Below, in pieces: positions 23,571 through 37,654 of a DNA stretch of 64,000 nucleotides (positions are counted from its first letter, which is position 1; each line of letters starts with the position of its first letter). The notes beneath the pieces are model-generated. The model was not told where the DNA came from, ran no database searches, and saw nothing but the letters and a program-made list of their open reading frames with translations. Origin of the DNA: Carcharhinus longimanus (taxonomy: Eukaryota); assembly GCA_030264375.1 (NCBI GenBank), contig JASCQW010000072.1, positions 15,439,581 through 15,503,580 of the forward strand. The letters run 5' to 3'. The translations under genes and the position numbers were made by a program.

Positions 23571-25784
23571 TAGACATATATGTCTATATTAAATAGCTAA
23601 TGTGTGGAAATCACACACAAATTGCATATGCAATTCTACTTCAATTGCATATTAAAATTGATAAAAATAACATCAAAAGGAGTGTTTAATTTCCATGATA
23701 TTTAGCACAATCCTAGTTGGTTTATCCCTTGTAGAGGTGATAATTGCCTGTTATTGCTAGTTATTTCTCTATACCCAATGAACTTGCTCATTTTTCCTTA
23801 CTGGAATTGTTGTTTATACCTAATATGGGAGGGATAAAAACATGAGAGTGGAATGTAGTGTAGTGCAATGTATTTTTCCTGGAAGTCTTTAAAGCCTGCT
23901 TGGCAAAACTGTATGCATTTAAGTATAAGGTTACTGCAATTGTAATATCAGTGCAGAGAGCTTTTGTTCCATATCAGTGCTAAATTGTGCAAATCCGTAG
24001 TCCAGTGGGAGCTTACCATTGGATTTGCATCACAACTACAGCATTTATGCAGACCAAGCTTATTTCATGCTAGTGCGATATGTGTATTTGCAGCCTATGT
24101 TGTTTTAAGATTCAACAAATGTTTTGGTAAAATAATAAAATCAATTATGATGAGTTATTACTAACTAACATAGTTTAATGTTATTTTCTGCTCAATCATG
24201 ATAGCTGTGTTTGTAATGGGAAATCAGACTGGAGGGGTTCCTGTTTTGATAGTATTGGACATCGGAATTAATTTGTGTGAAGTTGCAATGTTCAAATCAA
24301 GAAAGCATCCTAGGCTGAGGCTCTACTGATTACTATCCCTTTTGGACTTTGTTCATTTTCATCTGTTTATCGTTTTTTTTCCCCTGGACTTTTAAAAATA
24401 GCAGAAGGAGATTGAGAAGTAAACTGATCAGGAGATGATGGGTTGGTAATGAGGAAGTGAAATATCTAGTTTCAAAGTGAGAGGAACAAGAATCTGAAAG
24501 TGATTGAATTTTTTTTTGCACTGTTTACCATGAAAAATGAGGCATTTGGCCAATCACTTTCTTGAGCAAAAAAGGATAAAGCCCACATCCCTTGAATTAA
24601 TAAAAAAAATTTGATTTTGTTTGGTTGTTCTGTATGCATTTATAGGCATTAAAAATTAGCATTGGATGCACTGTTGCTTCTGAATCAGAAAATTGTAGTT
24701 TCAAATTTAACTCATACTTCAACTGTGTTGTTGGTGAAGACATGAAACTGAAGACTTGTGTTTGTTCGACCTGACATTGAAGGTCTTGTATTTTTGAAGA
24801 GTAGATTTTGTTTTCCAATCTCTTAACCAAACCGTCAAAATAGTTATTTGTACTTGTTTTGGAGAGTTTGCCGCCTTTTGTTTCCTTTCTGTTGACCAAG
24901 TATAATATTGAGCAGAATTCAAGGCATTCTTCAGATATAGTTGGTGCTCTTGTTCACTTAAAAACAAGTACAGATAATAGACTCTTGAAGTTCAGCTATG
25001 GAGTGTGTGTCAGAATTTGGGTGTACTATTAAAATAAAGTACAAAGTATAAAAGGGTTTGATTCAAATTGCTATCTAGAGTGCCATCTTCGAATGTAGCC
25101 AATTTTAGGGTCTTTCTGGATTTTAGGATGCCGGAAAAGGGGTTCACTACCTGAATACTGTCCTATTGAAAGATCAAGTAAGAGTTTGTACAATCTGCTA
25201 TTAATGCTGTTAACTTGAGTTTACTCAGTTGGGCAAACTTAATTTAAAGGAGTGAAGATCTCTACATATCAGTCATGGTGTCTGGAGTCAGTTCTTATTT
25301 TGAAGTTTTTGAACAAGGGTGTTGGTAAAGGAACCTTATGCTGCTTGAATTGGAGCTGTGTTACTTGTGCTTCAGTCATGTCTTCCCTACTGTCAATGTT
25401 GATTCAATTTAAGAAACTGTTTGGACCCAAGACCCAAAATACACAGAAATCCCATTAAGCAAAGATTTTATGAAGTATAAAACTGAATGGACTTCCATTA
25501 TTTTAGACATCCCTAATTAGATTGAAATGTATTCATGCAAGTCAGAATAACCCCCAAAAAAACAATAACATTGTTAAGGAATCCCAGTGAGGCAGTAGAT
25601 GCTACAGTGGATTGTGAATTTCTGAACAGTGGGCTGCAACAAAGTATCTGCAGCTTTTGCTCCTGCCGATGGTATTTCAAGAGTGACTAATAGCATTGTG
25701 AATTGAGGTGATAGGCACTATTGCTCTAATTGCAAAATGTCATGAAATGCTTTTAAATGCAGCAGACTATTTTGGAACCAATTA

Positions 25785-26230
25785 CGACTCAGATTTATAT
25801 TGTGCCCCTTGCATAGAAAATGTTGCAAGGTGCTTCATGAGGAGGAAACTGATGCCAAGTAATAAAGAAAATTGAAGTGATGACCAAAAGCACAGCAGAT
25901 AGCCATTAGGTGACTGAAGAACATGGGTTGGTAGGTTTGTTGCAAATTGCAGAAGTTCACCAAGCCTACAAAAGAATTGTAAGCCGACGTGGCAAGAGTG
26001 AGCAGGACAGTGCAAATGTAATGGTTGGTGGAGTTTTGAACAATGCAATCAAAGGCAGCATGATATTGGATACGGTCTAAAGGAGCAAGGGCAGTATTGA
26101 TGGAACTAAGCCATCTTAATGGTGGATATTCCTTGTGGCTTGAAACTCAGTTGAAATTTGAAGAGAACACCATGTCGTTGTGTGCTCTGGTTCAGCCTGA
26201 GTGGATTCAACAACAGGAGTAGAGAACTTT
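25785..26230 (-). mobile_element. Highly decayed L2-like LINE 3' fragment
   Basis: ATTTATATTGTGCC...AAGGTGCTTCA resembles the reverse complement of an L2 tail. Confidence 0.4.
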
Positions 26231-26691
26231 TACGAATGCTGAAATAAATTACTTCTGTTTTAATTATAAAACTCTACACCCTATCCAAACCCCCCCCCAA
26301 CCACCCACTCCCAGGGTTCACTGTACTGTGGTCCCCATCTTGGTGTGGAACAACCACTGTCTTTAAAAGTATTTTAATCAAAAAATACATTTTTAAATAT
26401 TACGTATTTTCTATTCTAGATCTTTAGTTTTGTGTTATGGTATTCCTAATGTTGAAATGTGAGAGGGGAAAAAATAGTGATGCATTTAAAAGAAACAGAG
26501 ACAGCCTGTTTATAGGTCTTCTAAGGTAATAACACTTAACATTTCATTTAGAACATCAGAAAATATTTTCTCCTTCCTCTGATCTTGATGAATTCTTGTA
26601 TTTTCAAGAGAGAATTAGACTAAATATAATATTCCCTTTCTTGTTAACTTTGTACGAGTATTTCAGTTTTGTGTATTTTTCTTATAGTGGA

Positions 26692-26920
26692 AACAGAAAG
26701 TGCTGATAACTCAACAGGCCTGGCAGCATCTGTGAAGAGGGAAATAATGTTTTGTGTCCGATATAATTTTTCTTTGCAACTGTCAAAGGAGTGTCATATT
26801 GGATCCAAAAGGTTAACTCTGTTTCTCTGTTTCTCTCTTCACAGATGCTGCCAGACTTGTTGAGCTTTTCCAGCATCATCTGTTTTATTTAAGCGCTCCA
26901 GCATCCACAATATTTTCCTT
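26692..26920. repeat. Fold-back (palindromic) repeat, both arms
   Basis: CTCAACAGGCCTGGCAGCATCTGTGAAGAGGGAAA pairs with TTTCTCTCTTCACAGATGCTGCCAGACTTGTTGAG. Confidence 0.85.
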
Positions 26921-27741
26921 TTTGTATATATGTATCTTTTTGGTTGGGAAATTGAGAAAGTGAACACTACCTGTGTTATAGCAAACCATTAAAATATTCT
27001 ATTCTTTGGTACTTAAGCAAAAAGTGCTTGAATCTGGAGTACTTTCAAAAGAAATTCCAGGTAATTGCAACTTGATTAGTGTATCAATTCTGAGGAGATA
27101 ACATTAGGAATTTCTAGCTGCATTTTGTCCATCCATCTGTAATTTGGTATTTTTAAATTGTGGTATTCTTGATACTGTGTAAAGAAAGTAGACTTCATAT
27201 TGGATCTGGAACTATTCTTCCAATTGTATAGTTATTTTGTGTTTGATAGTTCAATGTTTAGTATATGAAGAAAAAAATACTGTGCCATGTTTGATCATGG
27301 AGCAGTGGAATACTAAGGTAAGCTTTGAATCATCCTCCCCCCCCCCCAGCAAAGGAAAGCCTATGAGCAGTGGAGTCCCAAAACCAGCTAGAAAGCGGGA
27401 ATCGTGCTAGTAGCTCAATGCTGGGTTGCAGTCTTGTGAATCCAGTGGGATATAGTCAAGAGAGAAGAGATTGAGCAACTGGAAGATGATCAGTTGGCGC
27501 AATCTGAGTCAGAAAAGCTTTTGAGAGAAATCAGAGGTCTTAGAAAAAGAAAAGCCAAGATTCCTCAGGCATAGAATCAAGTTTGAAGAGATTTTGTGAC
27601 CTTCAGTAATTACTGATGCTGGGCAGGTTGCTGAGAAAATTTGGGGGACCTGTCTTGGTTGCGCCTGCAATTTAATGTGCTCAGACATACCACAACCTGC
27701 ACAATTTGCCTGCTAATTCATGTTAATTTTGGATGTTGGTG

Positions 27742-27947
27742 TTTTTTATTTATTCTTTCATGGGATGTGGGTTTGCTGGCTGGGCCAGTATTTAATTGCT
27801 CATCCTTGAGGGCATTAAGAGCCAACCACATTGATGTGGATCTGAGTCACATGTATGGCAGGCCAGGTAAGGGTGGCAGATTTCCTTCCCTAAAGGACAT
27901 TAATGAACCAGATGAGTTTTTATAACAATCGACAATGGTTTCATAGT
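27742..27947 (-). mobile_element. tRNA-derived SINE family B, 5'-truncated
   Basis: GGCAGATTTCCTTCCCTAAAGGACATTAATGAACCAGATG is shared with the other copies. Confidence 0.8.
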
Positions 27948-28776
27948 CAGGAGGCAGTGGTGGATCATGACAAGATTTGGGTGTCTGGTTTGGGATTGCA
28001 ACAAGTTGAGGTCTTTTCTGGCACTAAACAGAATCGGGATCTGGTCTGGGAACGTAGCAGATGAATAGAGCTGAGTTTCAATGCTGTATCTCGATTACTG
28101 TCTCCATGTTCTCGAAATTTACTGTGGAAAAGAAGTTCTCCAAACCTCCTAGTGATTATTTTAAATCAATGACCACTTATTAGTGATTCCTTATACCAGG
28201 AGAAATAGTCGTTTATTATTGAGTCTAACAAAACACTTGTAGCTTAAAAAAACTGTTAGGTTTTTTCTTATCTGTCCCTGCTCCAGTTCAAATGGATGTG
28301 GTATCTGAAATCTACCTATTTTCATGGAATATCCTTGACAATTACGTGTGCTCTTTATAGATTGTATTTTTTACAGTGGTTCTTTTAATCTATATTCTAT
28401 TGATAAAATGCAATTGTTTTTTATTGGTTTACATTCCTTCTTGAGGAATTATGTATTTGCAGCCATCAATCTTTCTGTTCCTCCAAACCCTCTGTGCTTT
28501 TCTTTTGAATGTACATTCCCATTCCTAGCTTTATCTCTCTGTGCTACAATGTATTTCTATGCATGAAATTGCATCCGCAACTTATTTACCTGCTAACTTA
28601 TCTGCATATTATTATTATTGTATAGTTTACCTTGCTGTTGCCAAACCTGCATTAACAATTTTTTATTCCTGCATCCATGTCCAAATTTTATAAGGATATA
28701 CATAGACTACTCACTTACCCCTGGGATAAACTTCATACTAATCTTATGGAATGCAAAACAATACCTGTTAACTGTA

Positions 28777-31700
28777 ATCATAGAGGCCCTTCAGCCCAGC
28801 TTGTCCGTGCCACCCAGTTTTTACCGCTGAGCTATTCCAAATGCCCACATTTGACCCATATCGCTCTATACCCATAGAATCTATGGCATGGAGACAGGCC
28901 CTTCGGCCCAAACTGGTCCATGCCATCCAAAATGCCCATCCGTCCAAATGCCTTTTCAATGTTGTCAATGTTCCTGCCTCAACCACTTCCTCCAGCAGCT
29001 TGTTCCACATACGTACCAGTCTCTGTGTAAAAAAAAAAGAGTGCGTCCTCAGGTTCCCGTTAATTCTTTCCCCTCTTAACTTAAACCTATGCCCTCTAGT
29101 TCTTTATTCCCCAACCCTGGGAAGAAGACTGAGTGCATTCACCCTATCCATGCCTCTCATGGCCCCATACACCTCTCCTACGCTCCAAAGAAAGTCTGAG
29201 CCTGTCCAATCTCTCCCTATAATGCAATCCCTTGAGTCCTGGCAACATTTTTGTAAATCTTCTCTGCACTCTCTCCAGTTTAATAACATCTTTCCTAGGC
29301 CAAGGTGGCCAAAACTGAACACAATACTCCAGATGTGGCCTCACCAATTGCAACATAACTTTACAATTTCTATACTCAATTCCCTGACTGATGAAGGCCA
29401 GCATGCCAAAAGTCGCCTTCACCGCCCTATCTATCTCTGACTTCACTTTTGGGGATCTGTGCACCTGAACTCCAAAAGGCCCTTCTGTTTCACGATACCC
29501 TCTATGGTCCCACCTTTCACCGTGAAAGTCCTACTTTGATTTGACTTTCAAAATGCAAAATCTCACATTTATCTGTATTGAACTCCATTTGCCATTTCAT
29601 GGCCCACTTCCCCAACTGCTCAAGATCCTGCTGCAATTTTTGATAATCTTCCTCACTCTACAATACCACCTATTTTAGTGTCATCTGCAAACTTACTGAT
29701 CATGCCTTGTACATTCTCTTCCAAATTGTTGATATAGATAACAAACAGCAGTGGGCCCAGCACTAATCCCTAAGGCACACCACTAGTAACAGGTCTCCAG
29801 TCCGACAAGCATCCTTCCACCATTACCCTCTGCTTTCTACCATTCTCTGTGTGAAAAAATTGCCCCTCTGGACCCTTTTTCATCTCTTCCCATCTCATCT
29901 TAAACCTATGTTCTCTTGTTTTAAACTCCCCTTTGGGAAAAGATGCTGACTGTCTGTGCCCTCATTATTTTATAGATTCTAAACTCACCCCTAAGCCTCC
30001 TATACTCCAGGGAAAAAACATCCCAATCTATCCATCCTCCTTAAAACTCAAACCATCAAGTCCTGGTAGCATCCTTGTAAATCTTTTCTGCACTCTTTCC
30101 AGGTTAATATAACTTCTATAATAGGGTGACCAGAACTGTACACAGTATTCCAAGTATGAACTTACCAATGTCTTGTACAACTCAACAAGACATCTCAACT
30201 TCTGTATTCAGAGCTCTGACCAATGAAACCAAGCATGCCGAATGCCGCCTTTACCATTCTGTCCACCTATGACTCCACATTCAAGGAGCTATGAACCTGT
30301 ACCCTAGATCTCTTTGTTCTACAACTTTCCCCAGTGCCCTATCATTAACTGAGTAAGTCCTGCCCTGGTTTAATCTACCGAAATGCATCACCTTGCATTT
30401 ATCTAAATGAAACTCCTATCTGCCATTTATAAGCCCACAGGCCCAATTGATCAAGATCCCGTTGCAATCCTAGCTAACCTTCACTGTCCACTATGTCACC
30501 AATGTTGGTGTCATCTGCAAAGTTACTCACCATGCCTCCTAAATTCTCTTCCAAATCATTAATATAAATGACAAACAACAGTGGACCTAGCACCAATCCT
30601 TGAGGCACACCGCTGGTCACAGGTCTCTGGTTTGAAAAATAACCCTCTACAACAACCCTCTGTTTTCTGTCATCAAGCCAATTTTATATCAAATTGGCTA
30701 CCTCACTCTGGACCCCGTGAGATTTAACCTTATGCAAGAACCTACCATGTGGTATTTTATCAAAGGCCTTGCTAGAATCTATGTAGACAAAGTCAACTAC
30801 ACTGCTCTCATTTACCTTCTTGGTGACCCCTTCAAAAAATTCATATCAAATTCATGAGACATAATTGCTGACTGTCCCTAATCAGTCCTTGCCTCTCTAA
30901 ATGCTGTACATCTTGTCTATCAGAATACATTCTAACAACTTACCCACTGCACATGTTAGACTCACTGGTCTGTAGTTCCCAGGCTTTTCCCTGCAGCCTT
31001 TCTTAAACAAAGGCACAATATTTGCTGCCCTCCAAAATTCAGGCAGCCCACCTGTGGCTGTCGATGATTCAAATATCTCTATAGGGAACCTGCAATTTCT
31101 TCCTAGCCTCCCATAGCTTCCTGGGATAAACTTCATCAGGTCCTGGGGATTTAACTCCTTTGGTGCGCTTTAAGACTTCCAGCATTTCTCTGCAATATAC
31201 TCCTCAAGACATCATTATTTATTTCCCTAAGTTTCTTAACATCCATGCCTTTATCAACAGTAAATACTGATGGGAAATATTCATTTAGGATCTCACCCAT
31301 CTCTTGTGGCTCTGCACGTAGGTGAACTTGTTGACCCTTAAGAGGCCCAACTCTCTCCGTAGTTACTGTTTTTCCCTTTATGTTTTGTAGAAGCTCTTTG
31401 GATTCTCCTTTATCTAGCAAAGCAATGTCGTGTCCCCTTTTTGCCCTCCTGATTTCTCCCTTAACTTTACTCTGACACTCCTTATACTCCATTCGAATCC
31501 ACTCGATCTCAGCTGCCTATGCATATCATATGTCTCTTTCTTCTTCTTGACCAGAGCCTCAGTATTCCGAGTCATCCAGGATTCCCTACTTCTGTCAGCC
31601 TTGCACTTCACTCTAAGAGGAATGTGCTTACCTTGAATCCTGGTTAACACACTTTTGAAAGCCTCCCACTTATCAGACATCCCTTTGTCTGCCAACGGAC

Positions 31701-32690
31701 TCCCCCATCAACTTTTGAAAGTGCCTGCCTGATACCATCAAAATTGACCTTGTCCAATTTAGAATTTTTACTTGGGGCAGTTACTGCCCCATAAGTTTAC
31801 TTATGTTATTCTCCATAGTTATCTTAAAACTAATGGAATTATGGTCATCGGTCCCAAAGTGATCCCTCACTTAACACTTCTGCACTTGCCCTTCCTTACT
31901 TTCCGAGATGAGGTCAAATTTTACCCCCTCTCTAGTTGAGCCATCCACATACTGAATGAGAAATTCCTCCTGAATATACTCAACAAATTTCTCTTCATCC
32001 AAGACCCTAATACTATGGCTGCTCCAGCCAATGTTGGGAAAATTAAAGTCCCATGCTATTACCACCCTATTTTTCTTGGAGTATCTGCAATCTCCTTACA
32101 TGTTTGCTTCTCAGTTTTCTACTGACTATTTGGGGGCCTATAGTATAATCGTATCAAGGTGATTTTCCCTCTTATTTCTTATTAGTACCCATATAGACTA
32201 GCGGGTGAACCCTCGAATATATCCCCTCTCTGTACCTGCCATAATGTTCTCCCTAATCAAAAACTCACCCTCTTACCCCTGTTCTATTTTTCCTATAGCA
32301 TCTATACCCTGGGACACTGAACTGTCAGTCCTGAGATCCCAGTGATCTACAAATATAAATCCTTGCCCCCTACATCAGCTCTCAAGCCACGCATTTATCT
32401 GCTTAATTTTCCTATTTGTACTCTCACCAGCATGTGGCACTGGCAGTAGTCCAGAAATTACTGCCCTCGAGGCCCTGCACTTTAGTTTTCTGCCTCTCTC
32501 CCCCTAACACTTCAGAACCTCATCTCTTTTCCTCTCAATGTCGTGGGTACCAATGCGTACAATGACCTAAGGCTGCTCACCCTTCCCCTTAAGAATGACT
32601 TGCAACCGCTCAGAGACGTCCTTGACCCTGGCACCATGGAGGCAACACACCATCCTGGAGCGGCCACAGAAATGCCTGTCTGGGCCTCTT
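28777..32690 (-). mobile_element. Long decayed CR1 LINE (ORF1 esterase C-part, ORF2 endonuclease-RT, tail at 28777-28872), containing the inner CR1
   Basis: ORF1 SGNH-like GARVKDVSERLQVILKGKGEQP*VIVRIGTHDI (about 32535-32635); endonuclease DFNFPNIGW; RT WRAANIVPLFKKGCREKPGNYRPVSLT; a second copy of the LEYCVQFW region near 30125-30155. Confidence 0.9.
28873..29842 (-). mobile_element. CR1 LINE 3' fragment (inner element)
   Basis: FGMLAFISQGIEYR..LVRPHLEYCVQFW..KDVIKLERVQRRFTKMLPGL and WNKLLEEVVEAGTLTTLKRHLD; has its own CATAGAATC tail at 28873. Confidence 0.92.
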
Positions 32691-33374
32691 TTTTTATTTC
32701 TTGTTTTTGAACTTTCTATCTATGCTGCTGCATTTCTTCTAAACCATACATTTGAATTTTTCTGACAAACTTTGTGAGAGACATTTGAGAGACATTTTAT
32801 CAACTGCCATAGGGTCTACATCTATCTATCTTTTATCCAGTGTCTTTTTCTAAAAGCATTATGAAACCAACTTGCCTTAAAGAAATTTAAGCTTGCTATT
32901 CTTGAATGACTGATGCATTTGAAAATCTGATTTGAAGTTCTAAAAATGTGCCTATAACTAATTTTAGAATAATTGGTCTGCAGTAACCCATTCTTTCTTT
33001 TATTCCTTCTTGTATAGAGGGATACATAATCTGCTATCTGGTGACTGCCCAGGCACAATTTGTATATTATGGATGTTTGAAAAATTGTGGGTGGAACCCC
33101 TGCTATCCTTTTTTTGACTTTCTCCTACATCAATCTTAACATCAGGATCCGATAATATACAAACGTTTACTTTTTTATTATTTTGTTTAGCCAATTATAT
33201 CTGGCAGTTGTTCCACAACATTCTCCAGTGCATCTATAGTTTCATATCCAATATTTTTAAAAAATAGTTGATGCAGACTTTACACAAGGTATTTATTTAT
33301 TATATTTGTCATACCCTCATCCTATACAAGATTATTTTTTATGTTTGTAGAATTTTTAAAAAACATCTTGAATG

Positions 33375-34500
33375 CCAACCATCCCCTTAGCTTGCTGAGG
33401 TTGTAAACAGTTTGACTGAGCCTGAAGTGACTGGGGAGGGAGTGGATTTTGTGGTGAGTGGATGGAGGTTGTGTTGGGGTGAAGATAGTGACTTTGGTCT
33501 TTCCAATGTTTAACTGGAGCAATTGCAACTCATCCAAAACTGGCTGTTGGGCAGTTAGCCTGGCAACGTTGGTCTGGGTGTCACTGGCTTGCAAGTGGAA
33601 CCTGACCCAGTGTCTGCAGATGTTGTCAAAGGAGAGCATATGGATGAAGAGAAGAGGGTTAAACATAATTCCTTATGGGACTCTGGAGGTTGCAACATAT
33701 AATTGGGAAGTGAAACCATTTCTGCAGATGTTCAGCTGCCAAATGATAGGTAAGTGGCTTGGAGTCTGACCTAATAAGTACAATCCCATTGACGACTGTA
33801 GCATCGAAAGCTGCAGAAAGGGATGATTGGTCACAGTCACAGAAAAAGTCATTTGTGACTTTAGGCCAGTTTGGTACTGTGACTGGGCAAACCTGATTTG
33901 AGGGATTCCAGTAGAGCTCAGGAATTAATAGTGCAAATGTGGGAGGAGACTCCACAACCTTAGAAGATGGAGAAAAAGAAAGTTTGGAGATGGGTGGTGG
34001 TTTGCATGGATATGGGGGCAACAGGTAAGATTTTATATAAGTGGGTGGAGTGATGAAGAACTTGAAGGAATGAAGATGGGACATATGTTGGGGNNNNNNN
34101 NNNNNNNNNNNNNNNNNNNNNNNNNNNNNNNNNNNNNNNNNNNNNNNNNNNNNNNNNNNNNNNNNNNNNNNNNNNNNNNNNNNNNNNNNNNNNGGCAACT
34201 GACGTGAGAGACAGATTGCACGTTTTGCTGGTAAAAGGCATCAAAGGTAAGGTCAGAAAATGGACAGCCATAAAACTATCTGTGATTGGCAGAGCCGAAG
34301 CCTTAACAGTTGGAAATTTGAAAGCAACCTGGAAGAGTTTTTCCAGGGGTCGATTGAGAAGAAACTGGGGTTCAAGGGGGAAAGGAGATGTGATGGTGAG
34401 GGATGAAAAAAAAGATGGCCTATTGGTGATCATGATGATGAGAGTACAGAGGCCAGTGGAAATGGTACAGCAAGGAGGTGGTTGTGAATATTATTGGAAG
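33375..34500 (-). mobile_element. Decayed L2-type LINE RT fragment (contains an N gap)
   Basis: LQLNIGKTKVTIF, SLSAAFD and KVTND motifs on the minus strand. Confidence 0.7.
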
Positions 34501-35284
34501 AGATCAGATGGAACTCTTATCATTTAATAGGCTTGTTTTGTATTTATAGGAAGATTTTTCTTCTGTAATTGAGAATTTTTGTCATTGTTGTTCCAATGTC
34601 CTATCTGCTAACTGCTATTCATTTAATTTGGGCTAAGTTAGTTGCCTTACTGATGGTTGCTTTTTTCTACTGCAGCATTCTTATTTGAAATACTGTCTTT
34701 TGTTTCCTAATTCTTCCACTCTTGCATCAATTAATTCACCTTATTTTTCAGAACTAAAATCAGGAAGTGCTTCTTTCCATGTTGGGCTAGGTTGACCATA
34801 CTGGTCAAGGAAGTTTGTTCCCTACTTTGACCACTTATGTTATCTTCCTAACAGTCTAGCTTGGAATAGTTAAGATCACCCAATGTTATTACGCCCTTGT
34901 TTATTTCTCTAAGTTGTATGCAGATCTATCCCTTCTCAGTATTTTGTGACCTTTAATGCGCAGTGCACTTGAACATTTTCCTTCTTTCTTAACTCTTAAC
35001 CATATTAAATCCTCCTTATTGCAAGTCCATGCAACCTTGTGATGTTCTCACAGTGTGATACTATCCATCATTAGTACTATCACACCAGCCCTCATTTCTG
35101 TCAGTCCTGAAAATAATATAATCTGGAGTGTTAAATTCCCGTTCCTACCCCAACCTAAACTTTGCCTCCATTATTGATTGTGCATAACACTGCTCCATGG
35201 TTATTAATACTTCTGCCTAGTTTGTATTAAACATCTAATGTCTTCATAAGAATATCACTCAATCTTGATGATTTATTTAAATTA

Positions 35285-35636
35285 TTTATTATTCATTCAT
35301 GGGACATCAGCGTAACCAACTGGCCAGCATTTATTGCCTATCCTTAGTTGCCTGAGGGCAGTTGAGAGTCAACCACATTGCTGTGGCACATGTAGGCCAG
35401 ACCAGATAAGGACAGCAGATTTCCTTCCCTAAAGGACATCCGGGAACCAGATGGGTTTTTCCGACAATCGCCAATGGTTTCTTGGTCATCAGTAGATTCT
35501 TATTTCCAGACTTTTAAAAATTGAATTCAAATTCCACCATCTGCTGTGGCAGGATTCTAAACCAGATCCTCAAAACTTTAGCTAGGTTTCTAGATTAATA
35601 GTTTTAGTGATAATACCACTAAGCCATTGCCTCCCC
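35285..35636 (-). mobile_element. tRNA-derived SINE, family B
   Basis: Collinear with 19755-20146; A-box-like TGGCTTAGTGG at the minus-strand head. Confidence 0.85.
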
Positions 35637-36429
35637 ATTTTCCTGTCTTGTAACTTGTTTTTAGATGCTTAAATGAATTTTTTAACTGTCACTCTGTTTG
35701 AGCCTTTTTCCTTTTTAACTTCTATTAGTAATTGTTTTTTTATTTCTGGTTTACTCCAACAGCTTTACTAATCCTGCTCTGTCTGAAGTCTTGAACACAC
35801 ACTTTCCCCACCGTCTATATTTTTTTTTTCTCTATTGCTCTCTTTTTTCCTTTGTGCAACAATATTAGTGCTATTGTGATTCAGTTAAAGACTTTAAAGA
35901 TCATTTTCCCTTTTGCTGGAACTACCTTCAGTGTCACAAGAATGGAACCCTCCCATTCTTCAGGTACATCATGACTAGCCTAATCTTCCTCTTGAATCTG
36001 TCCACTGCAGGAAGTAACCAGGAAGTTGTTACCTATGTCTTTTTGTTCTTTGATCTAGTGCCTAACACAAACTTCTGCCAAACCTATGTGTTAGTTCTTC
36101 AACCAAATTCAAGGTTGAAGTCAATGCTGTGGGTATCACAAAGTGAAAAGATCTTCATGACAGGTAACTTTGCATCTATGAATTTCCTTGACATTTAATA
36201 GTTTTTGGCAACTTCTTAGTGCTTATCAAAGTGTAGAATGTCAGTGTTGGCCAACAGAAAATGATAATTACCCGTAGCACCCTGGGGAAAAAAAATGTTT
36301 TGCTTTTATAAAGCTTTAATGACTCTTAATGAAGAGTGTAACATTTGACTGGGCTTAGAGTATGATTACACTCACAGTCGAGGAGCTTGCTGATGTTGGT
36401 GCTTCTACTACGTCCAGCATAAAAAAGTG

Positions 36430-37570
36430 TTGTTACATTCAGTGATGAAAGATAATGGTGCGAGACCTTATGATTTGCGTCGGGAGAAGAGACAGATGAG
36501 AAGGTAGAAGGGATAAGATTTGAGAAAATTTTAAAAACTGGGAGAGATCCAAGATCTAGAGGTTTAAGAAGACAGTGTCAGAAAATTATAGTTGAAAAGC
36601 GGTATGAATTAGTAATCGGGATTTAGTAGGGAAAGGTTGGTATCCTACTGTTGAAGAAGATCATGTCTCATTTTGCCATCGCCATGTTTTGTCAACAAAA
36701 GGGGCTACTGGAGTGTAGCAGTGATGAGTACGTGGACTGCAAGTCTAGGGATTAGCTGAGCCTTGTAAAAGATGAAACGTAGAGGTTTAGAGAAATTGAT
36801 CCTCAAGGTGATTAAGGAGTGGATAATTTTAACAGTAGTAAGACAGAGATAGAAGCATTTGTGAGCAGTGAGGGAGGAGGATTACTGAATGTGAGCCAGA
36901 CTAGAGACTGGCATTCAGTTGGTGTTCAGCTGTAAGAAGTTTCATGTTGAGAATTTGATGTCAGATAAACAGACAGGATATTATAGCAACTCCTTGAGCC
37001 AATGTGGCAGAGAGAGGTAGGTGTTATCATCAAAGACATTGTGCCCTGGTGAGGGCGAGTGAATGAAGCAAGGAAGGCACTTTTGGGGGAGGGGTGGGGT
37101 AAGATAGGAGAGTTTCAGGTAAATAAACATCAAAATGTGTAGGAAAGCTGGGTTATGTTATAGAGAGGGAGAAACATAATTGGTGAGTAAGTTTTCAGTA
37201 GGTCAAGGATATTGATGTGCTTGTCCACACTGAGTTTGCGAAAGGGATTTGGTGAGGATGTAGATATGTTGCTGAGCAATATTGAGGGAATGGCTGTCTG
37301 ATACTGTTAGCTTTCACGTGTTTCTGCTACTCCGCAGAATATTGGTAGGTGCAGCGAGGAATGGGGAAGGGATTGATAAATCTGATACCACAAAAGCATA
37401 GCATGCAGTGAATGAATTTGGAAAATAATAATGCAACTTTGAAGGGATTGTTTAAGAGTCAGTGGCATATGTGGCAGCGGGTGCCCAATGCAAGTAAGCA
37501 AGATTTCTGGAGATGGAAGGGATCAAGAGATGGAAATGATCAAAGATCTATAACTTTGCCTAGCCAATGA
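36430..37570 (-). mobile_element. Highly decayed L2-like LINE fragments
   Basis: Purine-rich + strand composition typical of antisense L2, with partial motifs only. Confidence 0.4.
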
Positions 37571-37654
37571 TACTCAGGCTCGTTTAGTGCAGCCAATGGT
37601 TATCCCTCATTAATGTGCTTTAAATGAAAACCTGCACCAAAATAAAGAAGGACT

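Noticed and set aside
23620-23635. Perfect 16-bp palindrome AATTGCATATGCAATT
   Set aside because: AT-rich and isolated; one such palindrome is plausible by chance in 64 kb.
28841-29440. Longest ORF in the track (199 aa, +)
   Set aside because: Antisense frame of a CR1 RT fragment.
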